NCBI GenBank assembly: GCA_963734185.1
Contig: CAVTGA010000001.1
Coordinates: 386,711-450,710 of the forward strand
DNA from: an uncultured Alphaproteobacteria bacterium
GTDB taxonomy: Bacteria; Pseudomonadota; Alphaproteobacteria; Rhizobiales; Xanthobacteraceae
Reading direction: 5' to 3'
DNA length: 64,000 nt
Below are positions 1 to 12,213 of the stretch, one piece after another. Made by a program: the position numbers and the translations under genes. Each line of letters starts with the position of its first letter. The stretch's first letter is position 1. The notes beneath the pieces were generated by a model. It ran no database searches, was not told where the DNA came from, and worked only from the letters and a program-made list of their open reading frames with translations.

Positions 1-318
1 GCCAAGTACGTGCGCGGCTCGAACAACATCGGTTATCGCGAACGCATCAAGGTGATGAAGCTGCTGTGGGATGCGATCGGCACCGAGTTCGGCGGCCGCC
101 ACGAGCTCTACGAGATGAACTATGCCGGCAATCACGAGGACATCCGCATCCAGTGCATGTGGAACGCGCGCGGATCGGGCGCGCTCGACCGGATGATCGG
201 GCTCGCCGAGCAGTGCATGGCCGACTACGATGAGAACGGCTGGACCTCGCCGACGTGGCTCAATCCTGATGACGTCGCCTACCAGGGTGCGACGGCCAAG
301 CCGCGCGCGGCGGAGTGA
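1..318 (+). CDS. hpaB: 4-hydroxyphenylacetate 3-monooxygenase oxygenase component, C-terminal fragment (5' end lies outside the window)
   Basis: Frame is open from base 1. The C-terminal sequence ...[42 protein letters not shown]... is typical of HpaB-family two-component flavin monooxygenases, and a flavin reductase gene follows. Confidence 0.7.
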   Translation, partial: AKYVRGSNNIGYRERIKVMKLLWDAIGTEFGGRHELYEMNYAGNHEDIRIQCMWNARGSGALDRMIGLAEQCMADYDENGWTSPTWLNPDDVAYQGATAKPRAAE

Positions 319-357
319 AATCATTCCCTTCCCGAAGCGGAGGAACAAGGACAGCGC

Positions 358-912
358 ATGAGCTGGATCGACCAACGGCCCGACGACGCCATGGCCGGCG
401 CGTTCGAGGCTTACGCACCCGAACCTCTCGTCACGGTCGAGCCGGCGCAGTTCCGCGAGGCGATGAGCCATCTCGGCGCGGCGGTGCACCTGGTGACGAC
501 CGACGGGCCGGGTGGGCGGGCCGGATTGACCGCGACCGCGGTCTGCTCGGTTTCCGACCAGCCGGCGACCCTGCTGGTCTGCGTCAACCGCCGCAGTCAG
601 CTCATGCCGGTGCTGCATGACAACCAGGTGCTGTGCATCAATACGCTCGGCGCCGATGCCGGCACGCTCGCCGACCTGTTCGCCGGCCGCACCGGCTCCT
701 CGATGGACGAGCGCTTCGCCGCTGCGAGCTGGACCAGGCTGACGACCGGAGCGCCGGTGCTGACCAACGCGCTGGTCTCTTTCGACTGCCGCGTGATCGA
801 GACCAAGGCGGTCGCGACCCACAACGTGCTCATCGCCGGCGTCGTCGCGGTGCGCCTGGGCGAGCCCGGCACCGCGCTGGTCTACCACGACCGGGCCTAC
901 AAGCAGGTGTGA
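358..912 (+). CDS. hpaC: flavin reductase, 4-HPA monooxygenase reductase component
   Basis: 184 aa with the flavin reductase-like fold motifs (…HLVTTDGPGGRAGLTATAVCSVSDQPATLLVCVNRRS…). It sits immediately downstream of hpaB, and an RBS-like AGGAACAAGGA lies upstream. Confidence 0.75.
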   Translation: MSWIDQRPDDAMAGAFEAYAPEPLVTVEPAQFREAMSHLGAAVHLVTTDGPGGRAGLTATAVCSVSDQPATLLVCVNRRSQLMPVLHDNQVLCINTLGADAGTLADLFAGRTGSSMDERFAAASWTRLTTGAPVLTNALVSFDCRVIETKAVATHNVLIAGVVAVRLGEPGTALVYHDRAYKQV

Positions 913-916
913 GCCG

Positions 917-1088
917 CTAGTGTCCCGATTCCGAAGTTCGCCTCATCGTGCAGCACCCTCGGGTACGAACTTCGGAATCGAAGGACACTAGCAACTTATT
1001 GATTCTAGTGTGGCTTAGGTTCAGAAGTCCGCAATCCGGGTTCGCCGCGAGTATGTTTGCGGACTTCTGAACCGCCACACTAGTGGCC
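917..1088. repeat. two adjacent palindromic REP-like elements (ctagtg…cactag hairpins) in the hpaC-araC intergenic region
   Basis: ctagtgtcccgattccgaagttcg…cgaacttcggaatcgaaggacactag and ctagtgtggcttaggttcagaagtccgcaa…ttgcggacttctgaaccgccacactag are both long near-perfect inverted repeats. Confidence 0.6.
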
Positions 1089-1120
1089 TGCGAAACCCCG
1101 GGATAGCGCCGCTACGGCAC

Positions 1121-2053
1121 ATGTTCTCCGGCGCGCGTCCGGCCTATCCTCAAGACGCCATGCCGCCCGCGACCGCCCTGCCGCTGTTCCACCTCTACGG
1201 CGATCCGCCGGACGAGCAGGCGTTCGACTTCATCCACGTCGAGAGCATTCCGTCGCGCTCCTCGCTGCACGAATGGACGATCCGCGCGCACCGCCACCGC
1301 AACCTGTTCCAGATTTTGCTGGTCGAGGCCGGCGGCGGCGACATGACCTACGAGGCGTCCACCATCGCCTTCGCGGCGCCCTGCGCGATCCTGGTGCCGC
1401 CGACGGTGGCGCACGGCTTTCGCTTCAGGCCCGACGCGACGCAAGGCTGGGTCGTCACCTTCACCGAAGACGTCGCCAACGTGCTCGGCGAGCGCAGCGG
1501 CGAGGCGCTGGCGCGCCTCAAGGCGCTGGCGGCCGATCCGGTGATCCCGTTCGGCGCCGCGACCGAGACCCGGCGACTTGCGGCGCTGTGCGCGGACCTC
1601 GCCGAGGAGCACGCGCTCGCGCGCGAAGGCTATCGGCTCGCCATGCGCGGGCTGTTGGCGCTGATCGCGATCGAGGTGGCGCGCCTTGCGGCGAGCCGCG
1701 CGCGCACCGGCGCGGTGACCCTGACGCGCGCCGATCCGACGGTCGAGGCGCTGCGGCGACTGGTCGAGGAGAATTTCCGCAACGAACGCACTATCGGCTT
1801 CTACGCCGAGAAGCTCGTCATGACCGCCGACCGGCTCAACGATCACGTCAAGCGCGCGACCGGCATCACGGTCGGCCACCTGTTGCGCCAGCGCGTGCTC
1901 ACCGAAGCCAAGCGCCAGCTCGTGTTCACTAACCTGCCGATCCACGAGATCGCCTACGACCTCGCGTTCTTCGACCCATCGCACTTTGCCCGTTTCTTCC
2001 GCAAGCAGACCGGCACCACGCCGCACGAGTTCCGCGCCGGGCGGGGCGGGTGA
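1121..2053 (+). CDS. AraC-family transcriptional regulator (HpaA-like, cupin N-domain plus AraC HTH)
   Basis: 310-aa ORF whose C-terminal sequence …IGFYAEKLVMTADRLNDHVKRATGITVGHLLRQRVLTEAKRQLVFTNLPIHEIAYDLAFFDPSHFARFFRKQTGTTPHEF is a canonical AraC HTH. The alternative start at 1160 (MPPATA) is also possible. Confidence 0.75.
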   Translation: MFSGARPAYPQDAMPPATALPLFHLYGDPPDEQAFDFIHVESIPSRSSLHEWTIRAHRHRNLFQILLVEAGGGDMTYEASTIAFAAPCAILVPPTVAHGFRFRPDATQGWVVTFTEDVANVLGERSGEALARLKALAADPVIPFGAATETRRLAALCADLAEEHALAREGYRLAMRGLLALIAIEVARLAASRARTGAVTLTRADPTVEALRRLVEENFRNERTIGFYAEKLVMTADRLNDHVKRATGITVGHLLRQRVLTEAKRQLVFTNLPIHEIAYDLAFFDPSHFARFFRKQTGTTPHEFRAGRGG

Positions 2054-2056
2054 ACG

Positions 2057-3136
2057 TCACTTCGGCCGCGGCTCGTGCAGCCCGGCGTCCGGCTGCTTCA
2101 GCTCGCCGCGGCGCAATTGCCGTACCGCCTGCACCAGCGCGCGCGCGGCGTTGCGCACCTCTTGCTGCAGGCCCTTGTCGCGGTCGAGATCATCGTGACT
2201 GGTCGCGTAGGGTTGCAGATAACCGACATAGGCGCCGAGTTGCGATTTGGTCCCGGCCGGGATCAGCCCCATTTCGCCCAGCCAGTCGCTCAAAGAGCGG
2301 CGCAAGCCGTCGACACCGGCGGCATCGCCGTGCACCACGACGGAGAACACGCGTCCGGCGAGGTGGCGCGGATAGGGCCAGCCTTCGAGCTCCAGCGCCT
2401 TGGCGCGGCGCGGATCCTTGCCGCCGGTCGAGGTCGGATCCGGATTGCCGCCGTCGGCGCAGACCAGGCGGTCGATCATCAGCTTCAGTCCGCTCGGCGC
2501 CTGATACCAGTTGACCGGGCAGACGATCATGACGCCGTGCGCCGCCACCCACTTCGGGTAGATCTCCGCCATCCAGTCGTTGACCTGTCCGAGCGCGTGG
2601 TTCGGGTAGCAGGAGCAGGGCCAATGGCACAGCGGCATCGCGGTTGAGACGCAGGCCTTGCACGGGTAGATCACGCGGCCGTACTCGGCGGTGAGCCGGC
2701 TGAGATTGAGGACGTCGACTTCCAGGCTGGGGACCTTGCGCAGCACGCTGCACGCGATCTCGGCGAGACGGAAGCTCTTCGATGCCTCGCCCGGACAGGT
2801 GTGCTCGCTGCGCGAGGAGCCGTTGACCACGAGGATGCGGGCGCGCGCCCGCGGATCGCGGAAACGGCGCTCCGCATCTTGTACCGCACGCCGCGTGGCG
2901 AGCCACTCGACCGACAGCTGATAGTCGGGATCGGCGAAGCCCGCGCCGGCGCGCCGCGTGCGCGGCGCCTTGCGGTCTTCCCGGTAGCCGTCCCAGGCCG
3001 TGTCGATGATGCGTTCGACCTCGCCGGCGAGCCCGGCGAACGCCGGGTCGGAAAACCGCGCGCGCAGGCGCGCGCCGAACTCCGCCTTGGTCAACTCGAC
3101 GCCCGGCATGCCCTTGCGGATGGTGATCTTCGCCAT
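2057..3136 (-). CDS. Cys-rich flavodoxin-like NAD(P)H-dependent FMN reductase or iron-sulfur flavoprotein
   Basis: Probable start at MAKITIRKG. A flavodoxin-like fold NADPH-dependent FMN reductase signature (ILVVNGSSRSEHTCPGE…) is followed by a Cys cluster (CKAC…CHWPCSC). It is divergent from the AraC gene. Confidence 0.55.
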   Translation of the reverse strand: MAKITIRKGMPGVELTKAEFGARLRARFSDPAFAGLAGEVERIIDTAWDGYREDRKAPRTRRAGAGFADPDYQLSVEWLATRRAVQDAERRFRDPRARARILVVNGSSRSEHTCPGEASKSFRLAEIACSVLRKVPSLEVDVLNLSRLTAEYGRVIYPCKACVSTAMPLCHWPCSCYPNHALGQVNDWMAEIYPKWVAAHGVMIVCPVNWYQAPSGLKLMIDRLVCADGGNPDPTSTGGKDPRRAKALELEGWPYPRHLAGRVFSVVVHGDAAGVDGLRRSLSDWLGEMGLIPAGTKSQLGAYVGYLQPYATSHDDLDRDKGLQQEVRNAARALVQAVRQLRRGELKQPDAGLHEPRPK

Positions 3137-3303
3137 GGTTTGACGCTCCGTGCCGCGCGAGGCAAACGGCACGCGGGCGCCTTCAAGTCTAGAAGGCGCG
3201 GCGGCAAGCGCAATTAACGATTAATCAACCATGCTGTTGCGCGTGAGCCGAGCCCGTGGTCGGTAAGGGACGTCGGCGTGGAGCACGGCAAGGTCCAAGA
3301 ACA

Positions 3304-3777
3304 ATGATAATCATCCGCGGTTCGGCACGCGCGTTGGCGTATTCCGGCGTCATCCTGCTCGGGCTCGTCTGGATCACGTCGGGCTTGGTCTCGATGCAGT
3401 CGCCGTTCTACGACATCACGAGCGCCCATGTCGGCGACGCGATCCTCAGGGTCGCGGGCCTGCTCGGCCTTGGACCGGCCGGCGCGATCCTGCTCGCCAA
3501 GGCGCTGACCGCGCTCAAGCTTGCGATCGGGACCGTGCTGCTGAGCGTGCCGGTGTTCGCGGTCTACGAGTCGCTGCGGCGCGGCCGCGACGACGACATG
3601 ATGAACATCGGCCTCATGCTTTCCGCGGTCGGCACCGTGATCGCAGGCATCCCGGTGCTCATTCATGGCGGCGGGATCGCCTTGCAGGCCGTGATCGGCG
3701 AGCTTTTGATTTGCGTCATCGTCGGCGAGCTTGCCGCCTACAGCCGCCGCATCACAGCGCCGGCCGATGCCGTCTAG
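3304..3777 (+). CDS. hypothetical integral membrane protein
   Basis: Start taken at MIIIRG. There are four or more hydrophobic helices (VILLGLVWITSGLV, LLGLGPAGAILLAKAL, AIGTVLLSVPVFAVY, AVGTVIAGIPVLIHGGGIAL). Confidence 0.45.
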   Translation: MIIIRGSARALAYSGVILLGLVWITSGLVSMQSPFYDITSAHVGDAILRVAGLLGLGPAGAILLAKALTALKLAIGTVLLSVPVFAVYESLRRGRDDDMMNIGLMLSAVGTVIAGIPVLIHGGGIALQAVIGELLICVIVGELAAYSRRITAPADAV

Positions 3778-3783
3778 CCGGGT

Positions 3784-4167
3784 TCAGGTCTTCAACTCAG
3801 CCAACACCGCGGCCGTCTCCTTGAAGGCGTGGTTGGCCGCCGGCACGCCGCAATAGATCGCCTGCTGCAGGATGATCTCCTTGACGTCATCGGCGGTAAA
3901 GCCGCCCTCGGTCAGCGCGGCGCGCACGTGCAGGCGGAACTCGTCCCACGAGCCGAGGGCGAGCAGGGTGCCGATCACCAGCACGCGGCGCGTGCGCTCG
4001 TCGTAGTGCGGGCGCGACCACACCTCACTCCAGGCGTAGCGGGTGATGAGGTCCTGGAACTCGGCGTTGAAGGCGGTCTTGCCGGCGTTCGCCTTGTCGA
4101 CCCAGGGCGCGCCCAGCACCTTGCGGCGTCGCGCCATGCCGGCGTCGTAGCGTTGCTTGTCGTCCAT
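3784..4167 (-). CDS. pcaC: 4-carboxymuconolactone decarboxylase
   Basis: 127 aa with the CMD/AhpD-like motif (…ETAAVLAELKT at the C-terminus, HYDERTRRVLVIGTLLALG). It lies in a pcaB-pcaD-pcaC array. Confidence 0.75.
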   Translation of the reverse strand: MDDKQRYDAGMARRRKVLGAPWVDKANAGKTAFNAEFQDLITRYAWSEVWSRPHYDERTRRVLVIGTLLALGSWDEFRLHVRAALTEGGFTADDVKEIILQQAIYCGVPAANHAFKETAAVLAELKT

Positions 4168-4195
4168 GGGCTTCGTCCTCGCGCGGGCGCCGGTT

Positions 4196-4975
4196 TCACT
4201 TCAGCAACAGGAATCCCAGCACCTGGTTGGCATACTCGTCCGGCTGCTCGACGTTGGAGATGTGCGCGGCGTCGAGCACGGTTATCAGCGCGCCGGGAAT
4301 GCGGCTGCGGATCGCTTCGGCGGCCTCCACGTTGGTCGCCGGGTCTTGGCGTCCGGCGATGACCAGGGTGGGCGCCGTGATGCGCGGCAGCAGGTCGCGA
4401 TGGTCCATGGCGGCGATCGCCTCGCAGCAACCGATATAGCCTTGCGCCGGCGTCGCGAGGAACTGCTGGCTCATGGTCGCGATCGTTCGCGGCTCGCGTT
4501 CGCGGAACTCCTTGGTGAACCAGCGCTCCATGGTCGGACCGACCAGCGCGCCGAGACCCTTCTCGCGCACCAGCTTGATGCGGTCGAACCACGGCGTTGT
4601 GTCGGCGAAGTGGGCGGTGGTGTTGGACAGGATCAGCTTGTTGATGCGCTCCGGCGCATTGGCGCCGAGCCACATGCCGACCATGCCCCCCATGGACAGG
4701 CCGCACCAGTTGATCCTGTCGATCCTGAGCGCGTCGAGCACGGCGAGCACGTCGCGCCCGAGCATCTCCATCGAATAGGGCCCCGGCGGCGCGTCCGACT
4801 GGCCGTGGCCGCGGCGGTCGTAGCGCACCAGGCGGAAGTGTTCGGTGAACCGCTGCACTTGGCGGTCCCACATCCGCAGGTCAGCGCCGAGTGAGTTCGA
4901 CAGCATCAGCACCGGCCTATTGTCCGGGCCTTCGACTTCGACATTGATGGAGGCGCCGTTCGACTGGATCTTCAT
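4196..4975 (-). CDS. pcaD: 3-oxoadipate enol-lactonase (alpha/beta hydrolase)
   Basis: 259-aa alpha/beta hydrolase with GLSMGG nucleophile-elbow motif. It lies between pcaB and pcaC. Confidence 0.75.
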   Translation of the reverse strand: MKIQSNGASINVEVEGPDNRPVLMLSNSLGADLRMWDRQVQRFTEHFRLVRYDRRGHGQSDAPPGPYSMEMLGRDVLAVLDALRIDRINWCGLSMGGMVGMWLGANAPERINKLILSNTTAHFADTTPWFDRIKLVREKGLGALVGPTMERWFTKEFREREPRTIATMSQQFLATPAQGYIGCCEAIAAMDHRDLLPRITAPTLVIAGRQDPATNVEAAEAIRSRIPGALITVLDAAHISNVEQPDEYANQVLGFLLLK

Positions 4976-4985
4976 CCGGGTTTCC

Positions 4986-6365
4986 TCATGTTTGCGTTTT
5001 TGGCCGCGCGTACGCGAGCAGGCGGTCGATGAATTGCTGCGCGACGCCCTGGTAGGCGAGGGGATCGAACAGGCGCGCGATCTCGGCTTGGGTCAGTTGC
5101 GCGGTGACGCGCGGATCCTCGTGCAGCACGGCTTCGAGCCCGCGGCGCTCGGCGGCGGCCGTCTTCGAGGCCTCCTCCACGATGTGATGCGCCTCGAGCC
5201 GGCCGATCTTGCGGCCGAGCGCGATCATCACCGCTTCGGCCATGATCAGCCCGCCGGTCGCGTCGAGATTGGCGCGCATGCGTTGCTCGTCGACCTCGAG
5301 CCCTTCGGCGATGTCGACGATCGCGGCCAGCGCGCCGGAGGTCGCGAGCAACAGCGCCGGCATGGTCGACCATTCGGCCTGCCAGCCGCCGAGCGCACGC
5401 TCGTGCTCCTGCACCAGCCCCGCCAGGATGGTGGCGGCAAGGTTCGGCGCCATGACGGCGGCCGCGAGCGCGACGCTCGAAGCCACCGGGTTGCGCTTGT
5501 GCGGCATGGTCGAGGAGCCGCCGCGGCCGGCTGCGGCCGGCTCGAACGCTTCGCCGGTGTCGGTCTGCATCAGCAGCGACACGTCGCGCGCGATCTTGCC
5601 GCAGCTGCCGGCAAGGATCGCGAGCGCGGCGGCGACCTCGGCCACGCGGTCGTGATGACTGTGCCAGGGGGCGTCGGGCAGCGGCAGCTTGAGTTCCGCG
5701 GCGAGCTTTTCGGAGACGATGAGCCCGTCCTGGCCGAGCGCGGCGAGCGTCCCGGCCGCGCCGCCGAACTGCAGCACCAGCGCCTCGGCGCGCAGGCGCG
5801 CGAGGCGCGCGCGTGAACGGGACAGCGCTCCGGCATAGCCCGCAAGCTTCAGCCCGAACGGAACGGGAAGCGCGTGCTGCAGCCAGGTGCGGCCGACCGC
5901 AGGGGTGTTGCGATGCTTCTCCGCAAGCTTGGCGAAGCCCGCAACGGCGCGAGCGAGATCGGCGTCGAGCGCCTCGAGCGCGGCACGCAATTCGAGCATG
6001 AGCGCCGTATCGATGATGTCCTGGCTGGTCGCACCCCAGTGGACGAAGCCGGCGGCAGCCTTGTCGCCGGCCGTTTCGTTCTTGGCGACCTCGGCGGTCA
6101 GCATCTTCACCATCGGAATGGTCACGACGCCGGAGGACACGGCCGCTTCGCCGAGTTTTGCGAGATCGAAGCGGTCCGCATCGCAGGCCGCTTCGATCGG
6201 CCCGACCGCGCTCTGCGGGATCACACCGGCGGAGCCTTGCGCGCGCGCGAGCGCGGCTTCCACGTCCAGCATGCGCTGCAGCCGCGCGCGGTCGTTGACG
6301 ATCGCGCGCATGACGCTGCTCGCGAACAGCGGGCCGAGCAGGGAGGACGGCGGCGGGTCGGTCAT
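4986..6365 (-). CDS. pcaB: 3-carboxy-cis,cis-muconate cycloisomerase
   Basis: 459-aa fumarate lyase superfamily protein (…GSSTMPHKRNPV… signature). It is the first gene of the pcaBDC operon. Confidence 0.8.
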   Translation of the reverse strand: MTDPPPSSLLGPLFASSVMRAIVNDRARLQRMLDVEAALARAQGSAGVIPQSAVGPIEAACDADRFDLAKLGEAAVSSGVVTIPMVKMLTAEVAKNETAGDKAAAGFVHWGATSQDIIDTALMLELRAALEALDADLARAVAGFAKLAEKHRNTPAVGRTWLQHALPVPFGLKLAGYAGALSRSRARLARLRAEALVLQFGGAAGTLAALGQDGLIVSEKLAAELKLPLPDAPWHSHHDRVAEVAAALAILAGSCGKIARDVSLLMQTDTGEAFEPAAAGRGGSSTMPHKRNPVASSVALAAAVMAPNLAATILAGLVQEHERALGGWQAEWSTMPALLLATSGALAAIVDIAEGLEVDEQRMRANLDATGGLIMAEAVMIALGRKIGRLEAHHIVEEASKTAAAERRGLEAVLHEDPRVTAQLTQAEIARLFDPLAYQGVAQQFIDRLLAYARPKTQT

Positions 6366-6469
6366 GGAAGGAGTTTACGGGCGAATTGACGTGCGCAACA
6401 TATCACGTCGCGCGACGTCATCTGATATTCTTGGGTCACGGCCAAGCGAAAAACGCGAAGGGTGCCCCC

Positions 6470-7813
6470 GTGCTGCGCGACATCCATGACCTGCCGATTT
6501 CGACTGCGTCGGCCGCGGCCGCCGCGGCCTTCGATCGTACCTTGCTCGCCTATCTCAAGTATCGCGCCGACGTGCCGGTCCATCTGGCGACGACGCTTGC
6601 GGCGGACGGCGACTTCGGCCTGGCCCACTGCCTGAAGGGCTACGTCGCACTGCTGTCCTACAAGCAGGCCAATGTGCCGGTCGCGGTCGCAGCGGCGGGC
6701 ACGGCGCGCCGGCTGAGCGCGAATGCGACGGCGCGCGAGCGCGCGCATGTCGACGCGCTCGATGCCTGGATCGGCGGTGACCTCGACCGCGCGCTTGGCG
6801 TCTGGGAACAGATCCTGGAACTGCACCCGCGCGACGTGCTGGCGTTCCGCCTGGCGCACTTCAACAATTTCTGGCTCGGACGGCCGGCCGACATGCGCGT
6901 TTCGGTCGAGCGCGTGCTGCCGCAGTGGAGCCGCTCTCTTGCGGGATACGGCACCGTGCTGTCGTGCCGCTGCTTCGCGCACGAAGAGTGCGGCGACTAC
7001 GCCACGGCCGAGCCGTCGGGGCGCGCGGCGATCGAGATCGACCCGGGGGACGTCTGGGGCACGCATGCGGTCGCCCACATCATGGAGATGCAGGGCCGTC
7101 ACGCCGAAGGCATCGCCTGGCTGGAAGAGCTGGAGCGCCACTGGGCAGGGGGCAACAATCTGCTGCATCATTTGTGGTGGCACCGCGCCCTGTTCCACCT
7201 GGAGCGCGGCGAGTTCGACGCGGTGCTCGATCTCTATGACCGGCGCTTCCGCGACCTCGGCAGCCCGCTGACGCAGGCGCAGCCCGATCTCTACATCGAC
7301 GTGCAGAACGCCGCCTCGATGCTGTTCCGGCTCGAGCGGCGCGGGATCGACGTCGGCGAGCGCTGGCACGAGATCGCCGACAAGGCGGAAACGCGCATCG
7401 GCGATTGCCTGTCGGCCTTCACCTTGCCGCATTGGATGATGGCGCTCGCGGCGACCGGGCGCGGCGACGCGGCCGAACGCATGCTCGCCGCGATGCGCGC
7501 GTTCGGCAGCGCCGATACGACGGTCGCGCGCATCGTCGGACGGGTGGCGGTGCCGGTGACGGAGGCGGTGCTGGCGCATGGCCGCGGCGACCATGGGCGC
7601 GCCGTCGATCTGATGCGGCCGGTGCTCGACCGGATGGCAAGCCTGGGCGGCAGCCACGCGCAACAGGACGTGCTGGAGCAGCTGTTCCTCGATTCCGCGG
7701 TCAAGGCGGACCGCCGCGAGGACATCCGCCTCATCCTGGCACGGGTCGCGACGCGGCGCGATCCGGCCGGCCTCACCGGATACGCCGAGGGGGCCCGGCA
7801 ACTCGCGCATTGA
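6470..7813 (+). CDS. tetratricopeptide-repeat protein (TTC38-like family)
   Basis: Long helical-repeat protein with W/L-rich repeats (WLEELERHWAGGNNLLHHLWWHRALFHLERGEF…). A GTG at 6470 with a GAAGGG RBS is preferred because it leaves a divergent promoter gap next to pcaB. An ATG at 6386 is the alternative start. Confidence 0.55.
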   Translation: MLRDIHDLPISTASAAAAAAFDRTLLAYLKYRADVPVHLATTLAADGDFGLAHCLKGYVALLSYKQANVPVAVAAAGTARRLSANATARERAHVDALDAWIGGDLDRALGVWEQILELHPRDVLAFRLAHFNNFWLGRPADMRVSVERVLPQWSRSLAGYGTVLSCRCFAHEECGDYATAEPSGRAAIEIDPGDVWGTHAVAHIMEMQGRHAEGIAWLEELERHWAGGNNLLHHLWWHRALFHLERGEFDAVLDLYDRRFRDLGSPLTQAQPDLYIDVQNAASMLFRLERRGIDVGERWHEIADKAETRIGDCLSAFTLPHWMMALAATGRGDAAERMLAAMRAFGSADTTVARIVGRVAVPVTEAVLAHGRGDHGRAVDLMRPVLDRMASLGGSHAQQDVLEQLFLDSAVKADRREDIRLILARVATRRDPAGLTGYAEGARQLAH

Positions 7814-7863
7814 CGAGCGTCAGGCGCACGCGCCTTATCGGGACGGCTTGAAGGAGACGTGCA

Positions 7864-8316
7864 ATGGCGATGACCATGACCGGCGAGGTCCAGCTCGCCG
7901 CGCCGCGCGCAACGGTGTGGCAGAAGCTCAATGACCCCGCGGTGCTCAAGGCCTGCATCCCGGGCTGCGAGCAGCTCGACAAGACCTCCGAGACGGAGTT
8001 CCAGGCGGTCGCCGTGACCAAGATCGGGCCGGTGAAGGCACGCTGGAAAGGCAAGGTTCGGCTCTCCGACATCGACCCGCCCAACGGCTACCGGATCTCG
8101 GGCGAAGGCGAGGGCGGCGTTGCAGGCTTCGCCAAGGGCGGAGCGGACGTGAAGCTGACCGACAAGGATGGCGGCACCTTGCTCGGCTACAACGTCGAAG
8201 CACAGATCGGCGGCAAGCTCGCGCAACTCGGCCAGCGCCTGATCAACGGCGCCGCCAAGAAGATGGCCGACGAGTTCTTCGGCAATTTCGCCAAGGCGGT
8301 GACGGGAGGTGGTTGA
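7864..8316 (+). CDS. coxG: SRPBCC-family carbon monoxide dehydrogenase subunit G
   Basis: 150 aa. The CoxG-family sequence …TGEVQLAAPRATVWQKLNDPAVLKACIPGCEQL…IGGKLAQLGQRLINGAAKKMADEFF is present. Confidence 0.75.
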   Translation: MAMTMTGEVQLAAPRATVWQKLNDPAVLKACIPGCEQLDKTSETEFQAVAVTKIGPVKARWKGKVRLSDIDPPNGYRISGEGEGGVAGFAKGGADVKLTDKDGGTLLGYNVEAQIGGKLAQLGQRLINGAAKKMADEFFGNFAKAVTGGG

Positions 8317-8319
8317 CAG

Positions 8320-8916
8320 CTAACCTTCGATGGCTTCGGCAAGCTGGTCCTTCACCCAACCATTGAGGCTCTTACCTTCGCGTTCTGCCGCTGCCGCAAT
8401 CGCTCGATGCAGTGCCGGATCAAGCCGCACCACGAACTTGCCGGACAATGGCTTCTCGGGCATTTCACCGCGCTCGCGGCAGAATTCGAGATAATCATCG
8501 ATCGAGTCCGCAAGCGCCTTCTTGAGCTCGTCAACTGATCGACCTTCGAAAGTGATGACGTCACGGAGGCCGACGACGCGGCCGTGAAAGACATCTGCAT
8601 CTTCGTCATAGGCGAAGGTGCCGAGATAACCTTTGTAGTCGAGTGTGTTCACAGGTTGACTCCTGCTTCCTTTAGGAAATCGCGCAAAGCTTCCAACCGC
8701 GCCTTTGACAAGTTCGGGCCGCGGATGCGGTTTGTGAAAAACCGCGCGCCGACCGCTCAGTGCAAAGCGCACGCGCGAACCGCGACCCTCCGATATTTCC
8801 GCGCCGAGCGCCTGCAACAATCCAAGGACTTCACGCCATCGAATGTCGGCCCGCGTTGGTCGTTCGTAGACGGCTTCGAGAGTTTTTCTGCGCCGGGAGC
8901 CAATTTGGTCAGTCAC
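8320..8916 (-). CDS. in-frame HicA-like toxin fused to a HicB-like antitoxin (type II TA)
   Basis: The N-terminal ~85 aa carry HicA motifs (EGRGSRVRF…HKPHPRPELVKGAV). The C-terminal ~110 aa are clearly HicB/RHH-like (YKGYLGTFAYDEDADVFHGRVVGLRDVITFEGRSVDELKKALADSIDDYLEFCRERGEMPEKP…). The frame has no stop between the two parts. Confidence 0.6.
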   Translation of the reverse strand: MTDQIGSRRRKTLEAVYERPTRADIRWREVLGLLQALGAEISEGRGSRVRFALSGRRAVFHKPHPRPELVKGAVGSFARFPKGSRSQPVNTLDYKGYLGTFAYDEDADVFHGRVVGLRDVITFEGRSVDELKKALADSIDDYLEFCRERGEMPEKPLSGKFVVRLDPALHRAIAAAAEREGKSLNGWVKDQLAEAIEG

Positions 8917-9165
8917 TGGTCCCTCGTAGTATCAAAGGTTGATATCAGAGCGTTTTCCGCTTTTCAATGACTGCCCGGCACGCTTGGTCTTGCGATAATC
9001 GCGGCTCGGTCCCTTGACCCGCCCTATCTCCCGGGTTCAGAGTTATTCCGGTTCCAAACAGCGATTTCTGGCAGAAAACGCTACGATTAAGCCTGCAATC
9101 CGGCCGGAGCCGGTGTTCCGGCAGCAAAATGAGGGCCTCCGGCCCCGCTTTCGAGGAGGAGCGTC

Positions 9166-9642
9166 ATGCCCGCGGTCTCTATGGCGGTGAACGGCAAGCC
9201 CGTCACCGGCGACGTCGACGCGCGCACCCTGCTGGTCCAATTCCTGCGCGAGACGCTGCGTCTCACCGGCACCCATGTCGGATGCGACACCTCGCAATGC
9301 GGCGCCTGCGTGGTCCACGTGAACGGCAAGGCGGTCAAGGCCTGCACGGTGTTCGCCTGGCAGGTCGACGGCGCCAACATCACCACCATCGAGGGCCTCG
9401 CCAATGGAAACACGCTGCATCCCATGCAGGAGGCGTTCCGCGAGCATCACGGCCTGCAGTGCGGCTTCTGCACGCCGGGCATGATCATGACCGCGGTCGA
9501 CATGGTCAACCGCAAGGGCAACACGCTCGACGAGCGCACCATCCGCGACGAGCTCGAGGGCAACATCTGCCGCTGCACGGGCTACCACAACATCGTCAAG
9601 GCGATCGCGGCCGGCGCGCAAGCCATGGGCAAAGCCGGTTGA
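9166..9642 (+). CDS. coxS: (2Fe-2S)-binding small subunit of a CODH/XDH-family molybdoenzyme
   Basis: Two [2Fe-2S] motifs are present ([11 protein letters not shown]… and [10 protein letters not shown]…CRCTGY). A strong GAGGAGG RBS lies upstream. Confidence 0.85.
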   Translation: MPAVSMAVNGKPVTGDVDARTLLVQFLRETLRLTGTHVGCDTSQCGACVVHVNGKAVKACTVFAWQVDGANITTIEGLANGNTLHPMQEAFREHHGLQCGFCTPGMIMTAVDMVNRKGNTLDERTIRDELEGNICRCTGYHNIVKAIAAGAQAMGKAG

Positions 9643-9705
9643 TCCGACAAGGCCGCCGGTGAGAGCGGTCGCACAATTCCCCTACATCCGGCTGGAGGAG
9701 ACGCC

Positions 9706-12075
<2,370 letters not shown>

Positions 12076-12077
12076 GG

Positions 12078-12185
12078 CCCTCGTCCTGAGGAGCCGCGCG
12101 TAGCGCGGCGTCTCGAAGGACGGGAGCAAGCGGCCACCCTTCGAGACGCGCCCTTTCAGGGCGCTCCTCAGGGTGAGGCGCAGGG
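12078..12185. repeat. nested palindromic REP-like element
   Basis: cgtctcgaagg…ccttcgagacg forms an inverted repeat, nested inside cctgaggagc…gcgctcctcaggg arms. Confidence 0.5.
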
Positions 12186-12213
12186 AGAGCAGACAAGTTT
12201 AGGGAGAGCCACG

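Noticed and set aside
1112-2026. 304-aa minus-strand ORF
   Set aside because: It is antisense to the AraC regulator gene. This is a typical high-GC shadow ORF with an Arg/Ala/Gly-rich, low-complexity translation.
6362-7810. 482-aa minus-strand ORF
   Set aside because: It is antisense to the TPR-protein gene. The translation is Arg/Ala-rich with no recognisable motifs.
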